A stretch of 57,528 nt of DNA, filler included, from Sphacelaria rigidula (Eukaryota), in NCBI GenBank assembly GCA_964200075.2. It is 4 parts of 4 records of this genome, joined end to end, with 100 filler letters (N's around TTAATTAATTAA, not from the genome) between each part and the next. Parts side by side here need not be neighbours in the genome. Positions count along the whole stretch, not along the records: positions 43,224 to 57,528 come from CAXNAA020002327.1; 3 more parts are not named here. One strand, written 5' to 3'. Positions 48,655 to 57,528 of the stretch are shown piece by piece. Made by a program: the position numbers and the translations under genes. The notes below the pieces were generated by a model, which saw only the letters and a list, made by a program, of their open reading frames with translations, was not told the DNA's origin and searched no databases. The number at the start of each line of letters is the position of its first letter. The first letter of the stretch is position 1.

Positions 48655-49300
48655 CTGTAGTTAAATCCGCAAGGAGTTCGCATCTACTCTCGCCATCGCT
48701 GTCTGTGTTGGTATTTCTCCTGTCTTTCCTGTCTCGCCTCTTCTCAGCCTACTCTCGCCTCTTGCCAGACGTGTTGCATTCTCCTCTTATGTTATAGGTC
48801 CGGGTTTCGTTTTATCTCTCGTTTGTTCCATCTTCGGTGTTTAAAGAACGTTAGGATTGGTCACCTGCTGAATCAGCATCAAACTCACTTGAAGAAGGTG
48901 TGCGTGATCCAGGTGGACTACCCGCATCCTGGTGTAAGGGTTGACACTCCCTGACCCCTCATGTGCTGCCAGCATAGCTTCACACCGCCTGTAGCGTTTT
49001 TGTATAGTACTAGGCAGAGGTATCAGCAGCATGCAGTAAATTGTATTTCAGTGAAGAGCGATGGCATGTTTATACTGTCTCTTGCCGTTGTTCCCAGTGA
49101 GGTAATACAGCGCACATACAGTCCGGCTCTGCACGCAACTGACTTCAGGGTCAAAGCTGTAGTCAAATCCGCAAGGAGTTCGCATCTACTGTTGTCATCG
49201 CTGTCTGTGTTGGTCTTTCTCCTGTCTTTCCTGTTTCGTCTCTTCTCAGTCTACTCTCGCCTCTTGCCAGACGTGTTGCGTTCTTCTCTTACAGTTGCGG
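48655..49300. repeat. Two direct copies of a pyrimidine-rich 140-bp repeat (48655-48795, 49157-49297) with a piggyBac-type MITE remnant (48855-48940) between them
   Basis: CTGTAGT.AAATCCGCAAGGAGTTCGCATCTACT...CTCTTGCCAGACGTGTTGC occurs twice. The MITE core matches 12560-12640. Confidence 0.75.
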
Positions 49301-49408
49301 CCCGGAGATGAGAAATGTCAATTTGGGGTTGAGGCTCAAAGTCTTATTTCGGGCGGAAACAACAGCATGAGTTGTGTTTTTTATTAGGGTCTTGGTATTT
49401 ACGTCAGC

Positions 49409-49497
49409 GTTGACGTACTGTGTTACATCCGCCAACGTTGACGTTGTGTGTTACATCCGCCAACGTTGACGTACTCTGTTACATCCGTCAGCGTTCA
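49409..49497. repeat. 28-bp tandem repeat, about 3 copies
   Basis: Unit GTTGACGTACTGTGTTACATCCGCCAAC. Confidence 0.8.
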
Positions 49498-51949
49498 GCA
49501 TCCGTCCCACAAGCCTCGCATGGACACAGCAACACATGGAAAACACTCACACAGTCTCTAGCTATCGTTCAAGCTATCGCACGGAGCAAACGGACCCGTA
49601 GCGGATGAGATACGTACTTATGGCAGAGTGAGCACTGCACCCCAGGCAGTGTAGATGTCACAGCACCGCACCCCAAGCCGTGTAGGGCTTGAAGGAATCG
49701 AAGTCCCACCTGCCTCATAAGGACGCAGTAATCTATTGTGTACACTTGGGAAGTCCCTCCCTGTCGTTCGACCCATTACACGCAGCGAACAGCTGCGTAG
49801 CTGTGTTAACAGAGCCCTAGCTGCACGGTGCAGCTGCCCACAAGATCCCCGAGTATTCATATCCCCAGACCGCGGGTACTGACGAGATTCTATTCTGGTA
49901 TGGCAGACATCTGGATGGTTGATCATGACCATCAGACGGTGTGGACGCCGGGACACTCGTTGCCTACGACGCAAGTTGACACGGAACGTATCGGGGCACG
50001 AAAAACATCCCCCGCGGCGAAGCTGTGGACAAGATGGAACGCTTCACCGTAAATCCCGCTGTAAAGTCACTGGCGAAGTGCAAGGATGTGCCGTCTTTTG
50101 TCGCCCGTCCCCCAGAGTTGGGATCACGGTATGGTTTACCTGTGGATTGCGCCAAGCTGGTGGAGGCGAAGAGGTGGGCCTGGAAACAGGAAAACCCCAC
50201 CAGCGGCGAAGTCCTAGCAGACTCATACCAGGTATACATCGTATGGATGCGTACCACCCAAGATAATGTATCTCCGTATTTCCGTCATGGTCGTGAGATG
50301 CACATGAACTTGACATCACCAGACGAATCACAACCGTCACTGAATTATGCATCTTTCGGTTGGGGCATCACCCGGTACTACCAGGTACGTAAAAGGTAGG
50401 GAACAGTGCAGACGAGTCCATCCGCCTATATGCTAAAGAGGACTGCATCGACAGAGAGAAGGTAGGATGAAAAGCATGCGGCGATCGTTCCCAAGATGGA
50501 GTAATCACGCACAGGAACCACGCACAGGGCATAACGAGTACAGGGTGTAACACGTACGGGGTATAACACCCCTTGACAGGAGAACACCGATGACAGACCC
50601 CACCGTCACAACAGAGCGCGAAAGATGTCAAGAACCTGGGAGATAATAATGCCAGCCTCGTTTTTGTTGAAAAAAGTGGAGGTACCACGGGTAAACAGTT
50701 TTGCTGACCCCGACGAGAACGTGACATTCACAATTTGGAAAGGGCAAGGGAGTCGGCACCTTGGCCATGACTTGTGTGTGTGTGTGTGTGTGTGTTTTGT
50801 ATTTTCTGCATTTTTTATTATTCCTTCTCCTGTTTTTCTTTTTTCGCTCTTCCGCGCTTTTCCTGCGCTATTCCGTGTTTTCTGCACCCCCCTCCCCCTT
50901 TTTCCGCCCCTGCTTTTGCACCAAAAATGACCCGCCAACGGTTGAGACCATACCAAAAAGGAGGAAAAGTTGAGCTAGGCTAGTAAAACGGTGGGGGACC
51001 ACGTGGGGAGCCCTGTTTTGACTTGAGTTTTGATCGGGGCTCCCCAAGGTACCAGACTGGCTTGACTGTTGACGTGAAACGTCTGCTGTATTTCCACAAA
51101 TCAGCGAGATAATCTGGTTGTCATGCAATTTTTTCTCACGGCCGTTTTTCGGCGCAAAAGAACACAGTATTGCGCTTTTCTGCGATGGCATCTGCTCAAT
51201 TAAAAAAAATCTGCGACGTATTGTTGTCCTCTTTCTCCTCTTTTTCACGGCCGTTTTTCTGCGCAAAGAAACGGTATTCTGCTTTTTCTGCTTGTTCTGC
51301 GATCGCAGAAGGAGCGCAGGCCTATTGGCAGTTGAGAACCTGCAAGAATGCACTGCACCTCAGAACAACGACATACCGCCTCCACAACCACAGTGACTCA
51401 ACCAGGCCCCGACGCAAGCGTCTTCCTCGGTAAATGAACGCCGCCATTTGACTACCCCCGAAAATCCCTCCGCACGAAAGTTCACACCTCTTCAGAGGAA
51501 TAAAACACCGCTACTAGAGGACGAGTGACCTCTGGGAAGATTTCATGTTGTGCTGGGTCCGTCTCCCTCCCTCTAGAGCGACCAGCTGTGGGCTGTTTCC
51601 CTACCGGTGTTCAACCCAACCCCTGAGCAGCAGGACACTACCCACTCTTCACAGGGATGAAACGGTTCCACCGAGCTTCTGTCCCCTTTGGAACGGTGAA
51701 TTTCGCATCGAGGGATTTGGAGGGTAGTCAACTAGCCGCACGTGAAACTGGCAAAAGGCGTTGGTATCTACTGGGACATCAAGTCGACTATGGCATAGTG
51801 TTGGAACTGTACTTTGGTTGAAGCGGATGGGGAGCAGGGTCATCGATATCGAGGTCCACCCGAGACGCCATCAAGAGGTGTGACGCGTTGAAGATCTCTT
51901 TTCAGAGACATACACGATCTCACCCTTCGGCCCTCCGTCGTGTGCCTCC

Positions 51950-52660
51950 TCGGATGCATGTCGTCAAGGTCAAGGAGGACCTCCTGAAGAAGGGAGTCGA
52001 CGTCGACAGAGTAACGCAGGCCCTTTTGAAAGGGGCAAACCCCGAAGATCGTGGTGGGGTTGGCATCGCTTTCCAGTGCATTGGGAACGGGGACTGTTTC
52101 ATGAATGCCGTCGCGACGCTGATCATCGCGAAAAGTAGGAGGGGCGGGGCGACCGTCGGAAGGCCATATTGCGGCTGGCCAGAAAGCTGAGACTGGCCAT
52201 CGTGATCACGAGGATCAAGTACATGGAGTTGTTCCTCGGTGATCAATGTGATTTTTATGGAGCCTGGCCCTGCTACAGCACGGAAGTCAGGGAAGATCTG
52301 GCAACCTCCGGGTGGACCGTGTCTCCCGGAGTGGACGACGGGTTATCTCTCGACTCGACGGACACCGCACGATCGATGTTCGTGCGGCAGCTGTGGCATA
52401 TGTCTGCGCCGGAGTTTTTCACGCAGCAGTTCGCACTCCCCATCATGGCCACTTCACAGGTTCCCCCGAAGACACCTGGGGCTCTGTCTTCGCCGAGCTC
52501 CTGCGCGATTTCCGCCAGGCGGGTCATGACACGCTGCGGGTGGGACGGGTGATAAAGGTGGGTGCCACGCAGCAACGAGCAGGTGACATGACAACCACAT
52601 GAACACACGGGGCACACTGTCAGGAGCGATCGGCGCTGGGCACATCGCCTCTTCGCGCGG
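51950..52660 (+). pseudogene. OTU-like cysteine-protease domain remnant (frameshifted), probably part of the MULE
   Basis: FQCIGNGDCFMNAVATLII (about 52070-52130), frameshift, then LARKLRLAIV...FVRQLWHMSAPEFFTQQFALPIMA and a later GHIA. Resembles the OTU/vertnin pattern GDGNCLF.A.S...LR. Confidence 0.5.
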
Positions 52661-52749
52661 AATACATGAAGAGGAGACCTCATGCAATGAAGACGTGACA
52701 AAATCAACGAATCCCGCCCGATCGCAAACACTTGTATCCTTCATCTTGC

Positions 52750-55700
52750 AGACGGCGGACGGATCGAGGTACACCTACTGCAAGATCGAGTGCGAGCATT
52801 CGGGACAACCTCGGATAAAGGATCAGATGAAGCCAGGTGGCTACCGTCGAGCCGTCAATCCATAAAAAAAGTCAGTGAAAACTGTGTCGGCAACCTGGCG
52901 TATGTTGGTATAACATGCGAGAGACTCACCACACGATGTTGGAGACCGATGTTCTCACGATTTCTGCGCAACGTTCTTTTGTCGTGCCCCCATAGCACAC
53001 GTGTGTTGGTGCTCACAATCCCACACCGTTAGCACGACAGGATGCCTGTCGGCAATTTTGTGCTCGAAGGACGCCTCCACTCGTAACCTCCTGGACAGGT
53101 GGGATGTCCATTCCTTGTCAGCATCACCTGGGCTCTTTGGGATGATGCGCCACTCGTCACTGTGGTTAGTGGTGCCGTCCGAACCCAGTCGCCAAAAACT
53201 AGATATTTTTTCTGCGTTTCGGGCGCGGGCACGTGTAGCACCCGACAACATCCACCCCCTCTCCCCCCTTCCGCTCGCCTTGATTCCGTACCGCCAGTCC
53301 CGTGAGAATCATAACCACGACCCGCGGGGATCGATCACAAGGGCCGATCCTCATATCCTCCCTACCTCCATCGTTGCAACGAGGGAAAGAGATCTTCGGA
53401 AGTGGACAGCGGCTGGCCTCCGAGCCGGGGAAATTATAAAATTACTCGAAGGAATGTCGGGATGTGTTCCACGCTTGCTGTCGCTGTATCCGTAAATTCG
53501 TTGTTCAATGATGCGTGCCGTCACCGCCCCACGTGTAATGTGGTTCGCAGATACGGATGCCCTCTTCTCTTTGTGGTGGGCGTGGATAGCGAGAATCGCA
53601 GCTGCATCCTGGGTGGGGTACAGCCTCTTGCGGTCTGAGTGCACCGAGACTTTCGAGTGGATTCTTGACGAATACTGCCGAGCGAGAGGTGGGCGCCGAC
53701 CCAAGGTATCCTTCACGCTATGTGAACATAATTTTCAACTCTCGAGACTGAGAAGTTCTGCTGCTCCCAGAATTTTTCTCCAACGATGCACTATTTGCGA
53801 CAGTTGCCCCTCTTGACATGGACTAACGTGTTGGTGGTTATGATGACAATATTTCTCAATTTTCGCTGCTGCGCAGGCTGTGCTGTCAGATGCGGACCTG
53901 GCAATAACGGCTGCGGTGGAGACGTCCTGGCCCAGCACGCTCCACCTGTATTGCTTATGGCACATGTTCAAAAACGTGCCGAAGAATTGTTTTTCTTCGC
54001 TGAGCGAAAGGGATCGGTCAGTATTCATACACAAATTCTCGTGCGCAGCCTACGCAGCCACTCCCGAGGTGAGGGATGGTATGTGGTCTCCGTCCCAAAC
54101 ACCGTCGGCGGGTCCCTCAAAGTGTACGTCGATGGGCGCACGTGCTGGCGGAGTATCATCTTGGTTGTACGCGAATCTCATCAGGAAAACAGTAGCGGGC
54201 AGGAGCTGAGCGATCTCACTCGTGAAAAATCCCCTCTGCCCCTGTATTGCGTCAGGTATTCGGTCGCTTCCAGCATGAGGTGGAGAAAACGGCCAAGGGG
54301 ACCAAGTGTGAGGGTTACATTGCCGACATGTTCGCGTGAGTACACAGCACAAGTGGCAGAAACCCCCGAAGTGGGTCTCATTTCCACGACCATGGCCTCC
54401 ACGCCGCTAATTGCATACATCCGTGTCTATCGGTGGTCGTTCGTGGGCACAAGTTGGAATGCAACTTGACCCGACCCTCCATCGGTCGCCGTGTGTTGCA
54501 CCCGCTGACCGGCCTCTCCATCCGTTCAGGAGGAAAGATAAATGGGCTTTTTCCTGCCGGCCGACACATCTTACCCTGGGTATGGTGGCGACGCAGCGAA
54601 CGGAGGGTCTGGTCGGGGTGGAAAAACAAACGGGCATCCATAGGGGCCTGTCACTATGCACCCTTTGGGACAAACTTAGTTGGAAACGCGCCTGTTGATG
54701 GAGACCGAGAGGTGAGGCGCTGCACTCTCATGCACAATCCCAATTCAGGAGATGAGGGTCGCCTACGATCGCGGGCAAGCGGTGATTTTGTTTGAAACAA
54801 TAGCCGATCTTGGATTACCTTGAAGCCGCCTCTTTCACCAACTCGTGTTGGATGGTCGCGTGTCTCGATCTTGAACATTGTGCGTGAACAGCAACCGTGA
54901 TGTGTCTTCGTGGCCGGCGAATTTCAGGAACTCGCTCCCACTCGCAATCGGCTTGAGGTTGGGGGCAATTCATGAATCAACGAGCTGGTTAGCCACTCAA
55001 TCCGTCGATGATTCCATGCAGCTTGACTACTGGAAGTCATTGTAGTCTCGTTCCATGGGCATAAAAATCCTGGTAAATTCGTGGCTGTTGAGTCTCACGG
55101 AACTTGGTCTTTGGGGTGTCCGCCAGGCTATCGTCCCGCCGCATCGATACCAGGAGAACATTCGCTGTGAAGGACCTGGAGAGCATGTTCCGACCCATTC
55201 TGGACAGTCTGCGGGCCGCCGGGGCGAGTAATTACTGCGAGAAGGTCAGTACTGACTTGCGTGGTACCGACTCGGAGTGTCCCGTACGTAGCACACCATG
55301 ATCACACTGCGTACGCCACGCTTGTCGCTTTCGGGAAAAAATGCTGTCGGCGGTTGCCTCTAAGACCGACTTTAGACCGACTTTTATGCACGGGAATGTG
55401 GAGTTGTACGAGTTGACGATTTCAGCAACAATATCAGGTGATTTCGTCCCTCGGATTGAGTTTTCGGACCGTACTCCGTTGGGCAATGCTTTTCGGCTAC
55501 CTGTGAGCAAGCCAGATCAATTCTCCGATTCCCTACACGTCGACTGTGTTGTGTGACCTTTCCGAAAAAACTCCAGGCACTCTACGATCTTGCCGCCTCG
55601 AGATTGACGGAGATGCCGTCGAGATCGTACAGTTGCCCGGTTTTTTTCAGGAACATGATACATGAAAGTCAACGTCGAGGGAGTCGGATAACTGATCTGG

Positions 55701-56670
55701 CTTGCTCACGGCTAGCCGCGAAACGTTGCCCAACGGAGTGGGGTCCGAAAAATCAGGCCTCGTGAGGCAATCGCCTGATATTGTTTCTCAAATCGTGAAT
55801 TCGTACAAACCCAGATTCCGGTGCATAAACGTCGGTCTAACAACGCTCGGGCTATAAAGTCGGGTTGCACGATTGAAATGACCGGCTTGCGCTCTGTTCT
55901 CGCCCATGCAGGAGCTCCGAGTGGAGTTCTCAAATGGATGTCAGGCTTACGATGTCAGCATCGCACGAGGGCCAAGGGATGCCGACGGCAGACCGATCCC
56001 CGCCAGTGCTGCCTATGTTCGCCGCTTGTCGTCGGTGAACCCCCGAGCGAAGATCTTGCAACAGGCGCCAGATTTAACGGACCTGGAAAACGATTTGCAC
56101 GGCGCGTCGGACGCCAGCATGTGGGCGCGCACTTCTCTGGAGGCATTTTTGAACGTGATTGCTGACGTCCCCGCTGAAGCCGTCGCGATAGTACAGTACA
56201 AGCTCACTACTCGGGCGTCGCGCCCGAGCCATCTCGTCGTTTTGGGGCCCGGCAAATTTCACCTCTGTTCTTGCCTGCAGCTTCTGCGCCGTGGACTGCC
56301 ATGCAGGCACTACTTCGCCGTCTTGCCGCAAATGTTGGAAAAAATGGTGGACGCGGGTGGCGAAGTCCAACACCCGTTCGACAGTGCGTGTGTGCACAAC
56401 CGTTGGCGGGAGCGAACCGATGGCCAGGACGCTCCGTGGAGCGTGAAGCAGGTGCTCCGGTCGTCGGGGCATGGTGAAGGCTGGGACGGAGTTCGCGACG
56501 GTGGCAGCGGCGGTGGTTGGGGACCTACCCTTGACAACAGTGCCGACGGTGTGCACCCCCCAGAGCCAGCCGAATCAAAACGAAACGCCAAGTCGTCGCA
56601 TTTTGGAGAGATTGAGGTCGAGGATTTCCGCTCGAAAGAGGTGTACGTAATGATGCGCGCGCGTCCTTAG
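52750..56670 (+). mobile_element. Defective Mutator-like (MULE) transposase gene with introns and a SWIM finger
   Basis: CEHSGQPR and ENHNH (FAR1/WRKY-GCM1-like finger); RYGCPLLFVVGVDSENRSCILG with a frameshift to YSLLRSECTETFEWIL; AVLSDADLAITAAVETSWPSTLHLYCLWHMFKN (second Asp plus the Mutator CxxH motif); and SWIM CSCLQLLRRGLPCRH at about 56265-56310. TIRs not identified. Confidence 0.88.
55371..55840. repeat. Palindromic MITE family member inserted within the MULE
   Basis: TTAGACCGAC.TTTATGCAC.GGAAT...TTGTACGA pairs with TCGTACAA...ATTCCGGTGCATAAACGTCGGTCTAA. Core shared with 23205 and 41380. Confidence 0.65.
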
Positions 56671-57174
56671 GGGCATGCTTACTGGGCTTTCTCTTTCGCC
56701 GTGACAAAGGTCGGGGAACTTCCAAAGCATTTGGGGATGAAACCACAACTGCGTCCAGTTGCGTGGATGGGGTCAGCATCGGGGTATGACGCAGCGAAAC
56801 TTATGGGCTGCTTTCCGTAGGCAAGTTTGGCTGTTGGGGCATAGCCGAAGATATTATGTTGGGGCGGTTGTTAATAAAACCGGCCGAAGGTAGGTCCGTG
56901 CGTCTTGAAAATCGCGGGGAAGGAGCCCGATCGAACTGATTGGAAATTACATTATCCGATGTGGTCAGGTCAAAATCAGCAACACTTGGGTCATCTGAAA
57001 AAGGCTTGCCGTTACCTGTGCGTGCGGTCGCTGAGGGAAGCTTTTACCTCAGGGACTGGCGGTTGGTCTTCCCACACCTCAGACTTATACTCGGTACTGA
57101 AGGACCGTTTTCAGTGTCGGGTGTAGATGTGAGTCGCGGGGTGACACAACTGTTACGCGGTGTGTGGAGGGATG

Positions 57175-57355
57175 AAGACGGGGGTCGATTTGAACGGCTG
57201 TCAGATGCACTCCTGCATAGTGCCGGGAGAGCCGGGCGGGCAATCTTAGTCGCGGGCTCTGTGAACTGTGTTGAACATTTTGTGGAGGTTCGAGACGGGG
57301 GTCGATATGAACGGCCGTCAGTTAAGCTCCTGGATAGTGCCGGGGCAGTCGAGTC
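57175..57355. repeat. Short diverged direct repeat (period about 118 bp)
   Basis: AGACGGGGGTCGAT.TGAACGGC.GTCAG...CTCCTG.ATAGTGCCGGG occurs twice. Confidence 0.7.
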
Positions 57356-57528
57356 AGCAATTTTTGACACGGACTCCGCGGGCTGTGTTGAAAAATTCTT
57401 CGCTCGTGCTATCGACGGCGTGGAAGACCGAAGAACGCCGGCGTCGGCACATCATGGATCTAAGCGATCCGAAGTGAAGGTACCAGGGTTTCTGGTGTTG
57501 GGATTAGAACTTTGTGTCGGTCCCGTCC

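Overview
Eukaryotic genomic DNA, almost certainly from a brown alga (Phaeophyceae), judged by the kelp/Ectocarpus-type FCP gene, an EsV-1-7 repeat gene and long repeat-filled introns. The window is at least four contigs joined by artificial 100-bp N/TTAATTAATTAA linkers (14310, 28718, 43124), so adjacency across those points is unproven. Host genes: (1) an EsV-1-7 (phaeovirus-related Cys/His zinc-finger-like) tandem-repeat protein, minus strand, 204-2372; (2) a multi-exon plus-strand gene with three SH3b-like repeats, about 14510-19567, which the ORF track misses; (3) a complete two-exon fucoxanthin-chlorophyll a/c protein (LHCF) gene, minus strand, 28334-25377, with a 2.3-kb intron; (4) a large minus-strand multi-exon gene, about 39133 to at least 30025, with an F-box-like motif directly upstream of a TBC/Rab-GAP domain; (5) a probable RGG-rich terminal exon. 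Relics: several decayed WD40-like coding segments (3.7-10.2 kb), an RTE-type LINE reverse transcriptase, a second LINE family's CCHC 3' end, and a large defective Mutator-like (MULE/SWIM) transposon that appears to carry an OTU-like protease domain. The intergenic and intronic DNA is full of nested non-autonomous elements: hAT, piggyBac (including a head-to-tail chain), PIF/Harbinger (including a 478-bp foldback), Stowaway-like and two tRNA-derived SINE families. All calls are by eye; no searches were run.
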